Positions 13,623 through 24,908 of a stretch of DNA of 64,000 nt are shown here, in pieces. The notes beneath the pieces were generated by a model, which was not told the DNA's origin, did not search any database, and saw nothing but the letters and a program-made list of their open reading frames with translations. A program made the position numbers and the translations under genes. Position 1 is the stretch's first letter, and every line of letters starts with the position of its first letter. This stretch comes from Psammoneis japonica (Eukaryota). The DNA lies in the NCBI GenBank assembly GCA_008632985.1, contig QPGO01000121.1, positions 62,001-126,000 on the forward strand, written 5' to 3'.

Positions 13623-14129
13623 TTCGGAAGTTGCCTGGAGTTGGAGAGATGCGACATTTTCGTCCTTCTCTTCGACATCTCTCGGACTACATTGACACGT
13701 GGTGACAACAAAAAATTCAGCCCGTCATGAGAAGAAAAAGTTTGAAGTACGACTATCCCGAAAGCGCTCGATCACACAGTTTGCTCACCTCATCACTTCT
13801 CCTTCCTCCCTCCTGCGCTCACCCTGGACGCCACTGAACCGAATTACAGATAACAAGTTTCCTTGTGCTTGCTGCGAGAACTAACAATGTGTCAAAAGAA
13901 TTGTCTTGTCCAGCGCAGCACCATTCCGAGTCGTGTCAGTCATGAGTCAGTCATGACAGACGGTTCGATTTCGCGCGCTGAAATCACGGTAGTAGTCTAT
14001 CGTACAGTACGGCCGGAGAGGTTGTGCGACGCCCGTTTTTCGCGGCAAAACCTCCCCGTTAGAGAGACATCCACTGGGCTGGCTGCCCATCTCCCATCAA
14101 CAACAACCCCCCCCACTCCCCCAACCCCC

Positions 14130-14221
14130 ATTTCTCTCCGCCTTTTGGCTTTGACTTTGTGTAGTAACTCAGCCATTTAAGGTTCCTACACAAAGTCATA
14201 GCGCGAAAGGGCTGAGTGGAG
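14130..14221 (+). pseudogene. Truncated U2 snRNA 5' fragment (nt 1-40) followed by an imperfect antisense arm forming a hairpin
   Basis: 14130-14169 nearly matches the first 40 nt of the U2-like gene at 21520. 14181-14221 is its approximate reverse complement (ctacacaaagtcatagc against gctttgactttgtgtag). Confidence 0.6.
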
Positions 14222-14501
14222 TGCGCGCAAACAGGAAGTGATCAGTCCCGCCTGCCAGAAACATTCGGGACTCACCGAGGTTGCGTCCGTCATGCTTCAC
14301 CGCGACAAAAAATTCCGAACGATTGACGATGGTGCGCCGATGTCGATAACTTTTGCTAACAAGCATGTTCTCTGCACCTGTTGGGTATTTAGTCTTTATC
14401 TATATACAAACAGTCTACTTTATGCATTAGGTGCGGCCAATTCGACGAAATGGCGCCAAAATGACCAACTGTCCACAGGCTTCTGCTGGCTGGGCCCTGC
14501 C

Positions 14502-14734
14502 TGTTGAGATTCACCCTTCCAGCGGCAGTCCAAGGGCCACTTCAGTCCTCCAAGGCTGATCCTGGGCAAAATAGACAAGCTCGTTGTCACAATGCTTTCT
14601 AAGAGTTAAAAGAGAACAGTGACTGCTTCATTGGCAGTTCTTGTGCTTCGCGCAGAGCACATCAGTGCTGGCACACACGTCTTCTTCACGCTGTCCAATT
14701 TCGTCTTTGTGCTTTTGGTGCACACTTTCCAACA
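14502..14734 (-). repeat. 3' LTR of Copia-2
   Basis: Close match to 19600-19831. Preceded on the minus strand by cagcaggagtg. Confidence 0.9.
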
Positions 14735-17700
14735 CACTCCTGCTGACCAATGAAAAGATTTGTTTGCATTTCCAAGTTTACCCATCTTGGGCACTTGGAG
14801 ATGTTCTTGACAGTTTGACAACCAACAATGAACTTCTCACCAAGCAACCACAGGCTTGGCCATGCAATCTCCAATCATCTTGTCTGTTGGGCAGAACTCA
14901 ATCTCAAGTTCTCTGCACTTGATGAGGTCAGTGATGTAAAAACACTTGATGTTGAAGTGTCTTGTGCATTTGCCTGAACTGGCCTTTCCATTTTCTTCTA
15001 ATTTTGCGCAACTCTGGTTGCCACGATCATGCATGATGTTGTGTTTGACTGGAAACCTTGGGCTTCAACAAACAGCTTGGTCCAAAGGACCTTTGACACA
15101 ACATCACCTCCTGCAACAATTTCTGCTTTGGCAGAACTTCTGGTGTTGATCTTCTGCTTTGTGCTGACAGATGTGATGACACCCTTTCCAAGAGTCATCA
15201 TTGCTCCAGTGTGGAGTCTGAGTGAGCTGCAAAGGTGGCATCAACATGCCATTCAATGTTGACTTCATCTCCAGCAGACATTCATGCTGGGTTTTCTTGA
15301 GGAAATTCATGACCCTCACCAGCTTCATCCAATCTGATTTGTTTGATTCTTTGACTCTGGTGGAGAGAAAAGAAATGCGAGGCCGGATGTCCTGTCTGTG
15401 GCTCTCTTGCAAAGAAACATGCCCTTCATCACAAAAGTGCAAAATGTTTCAGCACGCTTGGGATCCAACTTCTTGGCCTTCTTGTCCACCTTTTTTTGCT
15501 TCTTGTTCCATGGGCAATCTACATTGCCAGACAATTCTTCCGGGAAGTCCCTGACCATGCCTTGAATGCAGAGCACCATGTCCACTTGCAGCATTCCTGG
15601 AATGTTGTAATCCAGAATCATGGCCAAGCAATTGTGCCTCTTTCCACACGTCACTTTGACCTCTCCAATCTTGTCTGCACAAGTTTTGTCAAGCCAAATC
15701 TTAAACTTGTTGTTGACTTTGCTGTCAATGTGGCTCAACTTCAAATCATCAACATGCCATGTCACCATGTGCTGCTTTCCATTCATGATGCAGTTGGCCA
15801 CACATGGATCATGTGGATTGACCTTGAAGCCAACTCCTTTGATGTCTTGAGGACAGAACTTCTTGCAACAAAGAATGGAAGACACCAACATTCCACAGAG
15901 TGCCTTCAACATTTCCATGTGCAGGACCTTGTGCTTGCCTTTGTGCACAATGCAGTCCTGACAAGTTTGGGATCTAATTCAAGCAGCATGTCTGCCATCC
16001 TTCCACAAATCTTCGTGATGATCTTCTCATCCTTGACCTCAATGTCTGTCTGCCCAAATGCATGCAGAATGTCTGCTGTCATGACATCTCGGCCTTGCTT
16101 GGCATTGGTTGCTCCTGTGATGAGAATGGACTCAGTGGATGCTGTGGGAACACTGGCTGTTTTGTCACGGTCCATGTGCTCTCATTGCGTGCTTCCATTT
16201 GCACACAATCTGGACTTGATTCGTCCATCTCTTTTCTCTGTGAGAAACATGAGGCTCTCCATGGCCCTCTTCCTCTCCAGAGGAGTCATGTCATTGATGT
16301 GAATGGGCTTGAAAACTGCTCTGTCATGGATCTGCTGCAGCTCTGATGTGGCCGACTTGGGGCCTTCTTCTCCAAACTTCTGGAGTCCTCGTGCCAAGCT
16401 GCAAGTCTGAATGAATTGATGTGCTTCCTCAACAGTGGTGACAGCACTGATCTTTTCATTCCATTGGCACACTGTCATGGCCACAATCCTGGCTGTTTCC
16501 AAGCTGTGCTCTTTGACTTGCGAGTGAGCCTGAGTCTGTAAATTGTGGCGCTGGCAATCGCCAAATCTTGCTGGAGGTTTGAGAGTCCTTCCGGTCCTCA
16601 ACTTGGCAACAGGCTCTTCTTCAACACTCTCTTCAGTTTCACTCTGTTCATCTCCAGACTCGTCTTTGGATTCTGGCTCTTGCATTGTGGCAATGAGCTC
16701 TTGCACTTCTGGAGAGAATTCCTGCTCTTGATTCTGCAGCTCATCAATGTGTTCAATCATGTCATTGATTTCTTGGGAGATTCCACTTCCTTCTGATGAT
16801 TGGGAACCTTCTTTGTCATTCACTCTGAGATGCTCTTCTTGTTGGGATTCTTCATCTTGTGCTTCATCTTGCTCCTCGCTGATGTGGCTGGCTTCTTCAC
16901 CCAGCTCTTGATCTCAGATCATTTCTTGCAGCTCTTCTTGGCTGACTCTTTTGCAGTCTCCCCCCCAGCCCAGCTTGTCTCCTTGTCGTCTTCCTTGTCC
17001 CTTGCTTCAATGTCTTCTTTGAGATTGCAGTCTTTGTCTTTGAGTTGATCTTCATCACAATCCACTCCTGCAAGCCAAGCACTGTCACCAAAACAATTCC
17101 AGTGCGGTTCTCAATCTTGAGACCATTTTGGGCATCTTGTTCATTTCAGCCAAACGATGAACCTGTTTGATGATGGCGGGAGTGATGGGTGGCACAGGGG
17201 TGACCTTGCAATGGGTGATCTTCTTGCCAGTGTGCAAGTGCAGCAACTCATGTCCAATCTGGTTGCTGTTGGTGGGGCACAAACAAATGCAATCCAAGGT
17301 CCATGACTCTTGGGTGTTGTTGGGATCCGGGTCATTTTGAGCTTGCACACAAGTGCCAAACATGATTTTGCAGCTCTTGTTGTAGTCTAGATTCTTTTGA
17401 TGGAGAATCATCCTTGGGCTGCAATGCTTTGAAACACCATGCTTGGCTGGAAAATGACTGAGCTTCTTGGCAGCCTCGGTGACCATGACTTCCACCATGA
17501 GGTTTGGAAGATGCTTGAATGGCAGTTGATGACAGACTGTCCTGGCACATTCTTGAATGACTCTGTTGTTCCACTTGGCTTCTGGGACATGTTCCTGAGC
17601 ATGAGCACAGCTCATCTTGAGATTGAACTTGTCTTCAAGTGCACCCCAATGGGCCTGAACTCATTGTGGCAATGAATGCACGTGACCTTTAAATCAGCCT

Positions 17701-19599
17701 TGTTGCAGTCTTGCAGCATGCCTTCCAGAGCTTTCTGATGGGTGGCTTGGGTCAAATCCTTCAACGGCTGCACAGTGCGACAAAAAATGTTCCGTGACAC
17801 TGTGGTGAGGAACAGCAATCCATTCACCTTGAGTCCATCCAGGCAAAGAGCGACTTTGTGCTGAGCTGCAATGAGCTCCTTCGGAATCTCAATGCAGTCT
17901 TTGACAACTGGCTCTGGCTTTCACCTGGTGACCTTGCCTTTCAGGCTTCCAATGTCTGGTCCAAAGATCTTCTTGGCCAAATCCACGTCCTTGGTTGCAA
18001 CGGGATTGCTCTTGATGCTGTTTGTGTGAATGATGGCCTTCAGATTGTTTGCGGTTGGGTTTCCCAGCAGGTGCAACAATTCTTGAGCTCTCTTGGCTTG
18101 CTCAAATTGGTGTGAAGTGCAGAACTTCTTGTTTTCCTCAACGCTCTGCATGAGTTGGAGCTCAGCTCCAGTGTCTTGGATTGTGGGCTTGCAGACATGC
18201 AGCCCGCTTGTGCCCTCCTTGAACTTGACCTGCTTGTGGGGCAAATGAACGGTGAATGCATTGTCTTGGAAGGAATCACAAGTGATCCTGTGCTTCTTCT
18301 TCATGCCAGAGCAAGCAAAAATGTTGGTGCTGATCACACCTTGCATCTGGGTTGAACCAGGCCTCACTGAGTCCAGGCACAGCAGCCTTGTGAGAGTCGT
18401 GATTGGCGCTCCTCCATTGGTGTGCAATCTCATGATTTCATCAGAAGACAGACGAATGTTTGCAACCAGCTTCTCATTTCAGAAGATGGTGGTTGTGGAC
18501 TGATTGTCCAATGAAGTCCAGTCTTTCATGTTGTCAGACTGTCCTTGCAAGAGAGACACATCAATGTGCATGCCAGCCCATTCAGAACTGGCAGACTTGG
18601 TTCCAGTGGTTGCAGCACTGGCATCATCAGCTGCCTGAATGTTGCTTGCTTCTTCTTTGGCCTTGGCCTTGTTGATGGCCCATTCTGATTGATCTCTTGA
18701 GCCTCTCTCTCTCTGCAATTTGTGGACTTGCATCCTGCCTTTCCACAACAGTGGCACACCTGCCTTCCATCTGAGCAAAAGACAGGGCGATTTCTTGGTT
18801 TTCTTCTTGTTTCTTGGAATCGAAGTTGTTGTTTTGATTGTTCCTGTTCCTGTTGTTGTCAGACTGTTTGACGCAATCAAAGGTGTGGTTGCTCAATGCT
18901 GTGTTGGCTTCCGCAACAGACTTGGGATGCTGGTTGTTCTTGAGTGACTGCCAAGTGTTCAATCCTGTGAGAATTGATCCACACTTGCATTGATCTGCAT
19001 TCTCCAAGTGCATGAAACCCATCAGCTGGCTGAATGCCTTCTCTTGGCATTTTTTTGCAGCGTCTGAATTGGACTTGTCACAATCCAACATGCCCTCTGA
19101 CTTTGGTGAGGATGATTGGTCCCCCGATGTGAGACTTTATGACGTCTCTTGCAACCCTGAATTGCTTGGTGCAATCTTGCAGACTCTCCTTTTTCTTTTG
19201 TTTGAATTCCAGCACAGCCCCATGGAATCTGAGATGATGGCCATGTTGCATCTCTGTGCTCTTGACAACTCAATGCATGCTCCTTGATGGCCTTGAGCAG
19301 TTCAGTGGGACTGTTCTCAATCTTGGTTTGAAATTCATTGCAATCTGAAAATCAGATGCTTGCTTGGCATTTCCAACGCAGCAGACGCAGTCTTCAACAT
19401 GCTCTTGTGGCTCTGCTTGCCCACACGCTTGTTTCCTCTTCTACAGGATCCTTTTCCATGGCTCCTGTTGCCACCTCTGCCTCTGCCTCTTCCACTCATG
19501 TTGGATTGGCAAAGCAGGAAAATGTCTCCCACTTGGCGAGAATGACTCTTTTCTTCTCTCTTGTTTTTGTGCCTCTCAGCTGGTTTGCTCTCTTTCAAC

Positions 19600-19831
19600 T
19601 GTTGAGATTCGCCCTTCCAGTGGCAGTCTAAGGGCCACTTCAGTCCTCCAAGGCTGTTCCTGAGGGCAAAATAGACAAGCTTGTTATCACAATGCTTTCT
19701 AAGAGTTAAAAGAGAACAATGACTGCTTCATTGGCAGTTCTCGTGCTTCACGTGGAGCACATCAGCGCTGGCGCACACGTCTTCTTCACGCTGTCTAATT
19801 TCGTCTTTTGTGCTTTGTGCACAATACAGCA
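19600..19831 (-). repeat. 5' LTR of Copia-2
   Basis: Close match to 14502-14734 except for the terminal 10 or so nt. Confidence 0.9.
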
Positions 19832-21519
19832 CCTGCCTGCCTGCTGCTGCCTGCCTACCTACCTCTCAGGCACGTAGGACTCGCTATTGTAGGTCTAGCC
19901 ACGCGACGCCTCGCGTCTCTCGATGGGCCCGTTGGGCAAGTAGTGTAGCTTGATTGACTGAATTAGAGATCTCATGAGCGAGTAAGGATACTGTGGTACC
20001 ACAAATGACCAGTGGATTGAAAAAATATCCTGATCACAGACCTCACCTGAAGAACGATCCACGACTCGACGCCAGCATACGTGCTGTTGTCAGAGTCTCA
20101 AGTCGTTCCAAGCCAAATAAACCAAGACATAAAAGGCTATACGTAGTAACATTTTTATAAATACATCTATTGGTAGTTTTATTTGTAGAAATAGATTTCC
20201 TAGAGTCGAAACTGTAGATGTTTGGTCCAGGATGCGTTGCAACATGTCCCCGCAAACCGAGATTCTTGTTGACGTAGTCTACAGCTTGTTTAAAGCTTAC
20301 CCGAACGGTATTGTCATTGTCTAGCTTTCTCAGCTCTACCTTGAGTGATGCTTTCTTTTAATGTAGTGCTGGTGTTTTCTCGCCGGCATCAGCATGAAAT
20401 TATACTGTCGCATGCCTTTCACACCTGAAAGCGCAACAAAATGGGAAAGATGAGACATGGTGCAGTGTGAAATAACAATTTGTACTGCAACCGTAAACCA
20501 ACTTACCTAAAAACAACCCCGGTCGTTTCCTCTTTTTGGTTTGTGGAATTTAGCTTGTCGTTAAGATGTTTATACAGCAAAAACTGTCGCTAGTGAGGGC
20601 ACGGGAGATAATACTTCTAGCATCACGGACTTTCGTTCAGTAATTGGTGTCGTCAATAAAAGAGTGACTCACCATTCGTACCCAACCCATTGCACATTAT
20701 AATACTCATTATTCGTGATAGTAACAACTGTAGGTTGCTTGTTTCGGTCCAAAAGGGAGTGCAGGGCACGCCACAGCCCCGTTCCGATATAATGAAGAAT
20801 GTTGATTGAAACAAAATGGTATCGACACCGACACGAAATATCAGCCGTTGCTATTCGTTGGGGCTGCTAGCATGACCTAAATCCTTTATCTATAAGTGTT
20901 CGAAACGAATGTATCAAAGAAAATGAGTGAGATAATGAAACAAAAGCGCAATAAAGATTCAATCGCGACAGAGAGCAAAGATGAGCAGCGAATCGTGGTG
21001 CCAATATAAAATTCTTTTTTTCATCTTACAATCGGCCAATTACCTTCCAACAAGCAATGTATATTCATTTTATATGATAGTAAAGACTAGTAGATAGCGT
21101 TGGTATTGTTGAAAGGATTGGAAATAGTCTAAAATGCCGCTCCGATTGGTTCTCATGGTGTGTGCTGATTTTTTGAGGAATGATGTGTACACGTGACTGA
21201 ATCAGTCCCGTCTAACTTCCTTGAGCCGCGCGCGCGAAAATGCGAAAGAGTGCGCCGTAATAAAATGCACGTACATTGTACGTGCAGATGATTTTGGGAG
21301 CGGGCGACTTGCGATTCGTCACCGATTTTCACCGCAAAAACGCAGTCACGACAACCCCGCCGAACCCCCGGACCCAACCCAGACGCCGGAGGGGCTTGGG
21401 GGTACAGCGTGCGATGCTGCGCGCTGAAAGTAAGAGCAAATATCTGCATATCATACGCGCTGAATGAAGATTTCGCCACCCGACTGTTCTCGTTGTCACC
21501 TGATCTTCCCTATCAAACC

Positions 21520-21702
21520 ATCTCTCTTCGCCTTTTGGCTTTGACTTTGTGTAGTAACTGTTCTAATACTTTTAACAAAGTATTGACCGCCATTGGCGGT
21601 CACTTGTTAATCTACTTTTTGACAATGGGCGTTTCCCTTGAGCTTGCTCAAAATTCGCCACGCATGGTCATGGCATTTCACTAGCCGCCATGACTCGTGC
21701 AC
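21520..21702 (+). ncRNA. U2: U2 spliceosomal snRNA (sequence variant)
   Basis: Stem I gcc-tttt-ggc. Branch-recognition region GTGTAGTAacTGTTCT. Stem IIa aatactt/aagtatt. Stem IIb gaccgcc/ggcggtc. Sm-like site actttttg. Stem III, then stem IV gtcatggc-atttcacta-gccatgac with a U2B''-type loop. Length about 183 nt. Confidence 0.8.
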
Positions 21703-21731
21703 CCCCCCCCAACCCACTTAAACCCTATCAT

Positions 21732-22050
21732 TCCCGTGTGGAGGTTCAACCTTTGTTGGCTGTGGACTGCATTTGGACGAGAGACAGAACTTGTGGAGGT
21801 TCAACCTGCATTGGCTGTGGACTGCATTTGGACGAGCTAGGGCAGAAAATGACGAGCGGTCTGCGGATCTCATAATTACATCCAAAAATAGTGAGACATC
21901 CTTATCTATATATCATCCCCACCTAAACCCGACTATCCCGTGGAGGTTTAACCTGTATTAGCTGTGGACTGCATTTGGACGAGCGACGGAAGAAAATCTG
22001 CGGTTCTCGTCATGACAGCGAAAAATTGTGAGACATCCTTATCTATATAT
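21732..22050. repeat. Imperfect local tandem repeats downstream of U2
   Basis: gtggaggtt.aacct...t.gctgtggactgcatttggacgag occurs three times (about 21737, 21793, 21940). gtgagacatccttatctatatat occurs twice. Confidence 0.8.
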
Positions 22051-22363
22051 TAACGCTGGAATATATAACATTTGGGCCAAATTTTCAAAAAAAATCGCAA
22101 CGGCGGCTTACTATGATGTAAAGTGATCGATTGAAAACTAAAAAAGAGTATTGAGTTATTCAGATACAATTAAGTATTTATTTGCATATCCCGTAACAAG
22201 CCGGTAGCGAACCCGCAAGGAAAATTTCGCTCACAATATCACACAATCTGATGCGTGCGTGAACGTGAAGTCAGTTCCTCTTTCCGTCCCTTCCTCTTTC
22301 CGTCCCTTTCATTCTCGACGAAATTATTCCATCTCCTAGGCGCCACAAGAGGAGTAAAAGAGA

Positions 22364-24304
22364 ATGTGGCGTCGTCGACTCTTCAGACACCGGGTTTGGG
22401 AAGTCGATCTAGAAGCGAAAGAAAAGTTTGACAACGTCAGCAGGTTCGAACCAGTGATTGATCAAACAACTGGATCAACTAGTGAACTCCCAGAAACTTT
22501 GGCTTCTCCAGAGAGTTTGAGTATTAAATTCAATCGCGATGGAAGCATCGAGCACACACGAAAGGGTGACACTGAATCAGGCGACGAATCGTCGATGAAA
22601 CGAGCACGAGATGCCTTGGCGACGCTTGAGGATCAGATTCAAGCAGCGAAAAATAACGAGGAAGAAATCGATCGGAAGGAGTTGGTCAAGGCTCTTCTTC
22701 TCTTAATCGATTCGTCTAAAGAACGAGAAGATGTCGCAAAGCTGCTACTGGAGGCGGATATGGACGCACACGATGACTCGTCGAACCCTGCTAACAAGCC
22801 CCATCCTGATTGCAGCCTTGCCGATAGTGATGAAGAAAGCGACTACTTCTCGGGTGCTGGAATAGAAAGCTGGAGGAATGGAAACATGGAAGGGTATAAA
22901 AAAGTGTCGCGAAGAAAAGATAGGTACAGCACGAGTGAAACTAGCGATAAGAGCAGACGAACTGGTGGCAAGCAGACGAAGGGCCTTCGTAGCAAGGACG
23001 GAGATAGGAATGAACGTATTAGAACTTCAGGCATCCGAAAGAAAGGCCTACAAAGTTTACGTAACGCCGAGGATGAAAGTACCCGAACCAGTGAAACTGA
23101 CACTATTTCAGGGGACGATTACAGTTCGGTCTTTACAGAGAAAAGCCAGAACGGTTGCGATCCTTGCGCCGGTTTAGGCTTTCGTAACGGTGACGTGCGC
23201 GAAGCATTCATTGATATTTTATGGGGTGGTAGTTACATTCGACGGAGTAGATGCGGTATGAATACCGCCAGTGATTATTCTACTTCCGTAACGAATTCGT
23301 TGAAATCTTCGGAAGGCCAGAGGTCAGAGACGGATTCACCGAGTTCGGACGACAAGTTACTGCAGAAGACAACGAGAAAGAATAAGTCACTGCGGAGTCT
23401 CCAGCTTAAGCGCTCCACTAAAAAGTCACCCAGTGCTTTTAACGTCGGCAAAGATGTCAAAGGTGAGGATGATGATGACCTTCCCGCCGATATCTTAGTG
23501 CAGACCAATTCAAAAACAAAGCCAAATGATCCGAGCTCAAAGGATCATTCGTCTGATGATATTGACGAGGTGGATTCTTTTTTGTTCAATGAGGCTTTAT
23601 TTGAAACCCCCGATATTTTCTTCACTGACAAACAAATCGAAGCAAAACGAAAGCAAGTTGTAGAGCTGACGGGAAGGGAGCGTTCTGCATCAGTTGATGA
23701 CATCGGTCCGCCTGCAAGTGTCAGTATACGACGATCTCAACGCATCACTGAGAAATTCTCAACTCAAGAAAGTTCCACTATTGATTCCTCCACACGCTCA
23801 AAGTCTCGTCGTCGGTATTCTCCTTTCCGACGTTCTAGATCAAGAACAAAAGCTGGCAATGATGAACGTATCCATCCTACTTCTAATTTCGCCGATCTCG
23901 AGAACGCGGTGTCAACAAGAAGGCGGGGTAGAAGCCGCTCGCGTCGGGGTCGTTCCAAAACGCCTGATCCTAAACTCAAGGAAGAAGATGAATGGGTTGC
24001 ATTTCCCCCAAGTGGTGACTACACATCTGTGAAAGCCGATCCATCCAAGCTCAAAGTACCGTTTTCACCAGCGGAAAGAAAACACTCAAAGTCCGTTGGG
24101 TCCTTCATCAAGAAGCGTTTGCCTCGTCGTCGTTCAAAATCAAAGCAACGAAACGACAATGACTCTGAAAGGTGCAAGGTCACAGTGCACGATACATCCC
24201 GCAGTGAAAACCCCGATGATGACCAGAACCTCCAGGATTGTCCCTCGCAATCTGAGGACTCAATATGGGATGGACTGATAAAGCAAGCAACTTTGATGTT
24301 GTAG
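22364..24304 (+). CDS. Hypothetical low-complexity Ser/Arg/Asp-rich protein, 646 aa
   Basis: Long uninterrupted ORF with host-like dinucleotide composition. No recognised domain. Confidence 0.7.
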   Translation: MWRRRLFRHRVWEVDLEAKEKFDNVSRFEPVIDQTTGSTSELPETLASPESLSIKFNRDGSIEHTRKGDTESGDESSMKRARDALATLEDQIQAAKNNEEEIDRKELVKALLLLIDSSKEREDVAKLLLEADMDAHDDSSNPANKPHPDCSLADSDEESDYFSGAGIESWRNGNMEGYKKVSRRKDRYSTSETSDKSRRTGGKQTKGLRSKDGDRNERIRTSGIRKKGLQSLRNAEDESTRTSETDTISGDDYSSVFTEKSQNGCDPCAGLGFRNGDVREAFIDILWGGSYIRRSRCGMNTASDYSTSVTNSLKSSEGQRSETDSPSSDDKLLQKTTRKNKSLRSLQLKRSTKKSPSAFNVGKDVKGEDDDDLPADILVQTNSKTKPNDPSSKDHSSDDIDEVDSFLFNEALFETPDIFFTDKQIEAKRKQVVELTGRERSASVDDIGPPASVSIRRSQRITEKFSTQESSTIDSSTRSKSRRRYSPFRRSRSRTKAGNDERIHPTSNFADLENAVSTRRRGRSRSRRGRSKTPDPKLKEEDEWVAFPPSGDYTSVKADPSKLKVPFSPAERKHSKSVGSFIKKRLPRRRSKSKQRNDNDSERCKVTVHDTSRSENPDDDQNLQDCPSQSEDSIWDGLIKQATLML

Positions 24305-24908
24305 GGGGGAGCCAAAGTAGGAGGGGCTCTCAGGTTCTGTTCTCCGTTCCTGTAGATGTGTGCCCTACCTATGCTTCCTCCTTGCAAGCCTGCCTTGTCT
24401 CAGAACAAGATAGGATGCCTCATCCCGACCATCCAATTGTCTCCTCTCTTTACTAGCAATGATAGCGCTCTAAGCCTACATAATTTATAGCAATGCATAC
24501 GTACCTTATGATCAAGAAGCGTTTGCCTCGTCGTCGTTCAAAATCAAAGCAACGAAACGACAATGACTGCGAACGGTGCAAGGTCACAGTGCACGATACT
24601 TCCCGCAGTGAAAACCCCGATCATGTCCAGGACGTCCAGGATTGTCCCTCGCAATCTGAGGACTCAATATGGACTGATAAAGCAAGCAACTTTGATGTTG
24701 TAGGGGGGAGCCAAAGTAGGAGGGTTTCTCAGGTTCTATTCTCTGTTCCTGTAGATGTGTGCCCTGTCTATGCTTCCTCCTTGCAAGCCTGTCTCGTCTC
24801 AGAACAAGATAGGATGTCTCATCCCGACCATCCATTGTCTCCTCTCTTTTGTACTAGCAATAATAACGCTCTAAGCCTACAAATTTATAGCAAGCATACG
24901 TACCTTAT
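24107..24908 (+). repeat. Tandem duplication of about 400 bp covering the 3' end and 3' flank of the 646-aa gene
   Basis: atcaagaagcgtttgcc...gcatacgtaccttat occurs at about 24107-24510 and 24511-24908, with scattered differences. Confidence 0.9.

Larger units (their letters stand above)
14502..19831 (-). mobile_element. Degenerate full-length Ty1/Copia LTR retrotransposon (CoDi-like), Copia-2
   Basis: LTRs at 14502-14734 and 19600-19831 with TG...CA ends, flanked by CCTGCC on both sides. Gag starts MSGRGRGRGG. Protease WTSLDNQSTTTIF. Integrase EHVPEAKWNNRVIQE. RT motifs KRDGRIKSRLCANGS and VTWHVDDLKLSH. RNase H STKQKINTRSS. Confidence 0.93.

Noticed and set aside
14168..14275. HDV-like ribozyme, suggested by a 7-8 bp P1-like helix
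   Set aside because: Could not identify the P3/L3, P1.1 or P2 elements by eye.
14860..16200. Alternative genetic code or RNA editing as the cause of the Tyr->Cys/His changes
   Set aside because: Host genes use TAY normally. The changes occur on both strands and in non-coding LTRs, and they differ between paired LTRs.
19840..21500. AT-rich stretch with a few splice-like signals
   Set aside because: No coherent ORF or motif. Treated as intergenic.
21732..21985. Three repeats with intervening sequence, superficially CRISPR-like
   Set aside because: Irregular spacing, duplicated flanks, eukaryotic context and no cas genes.
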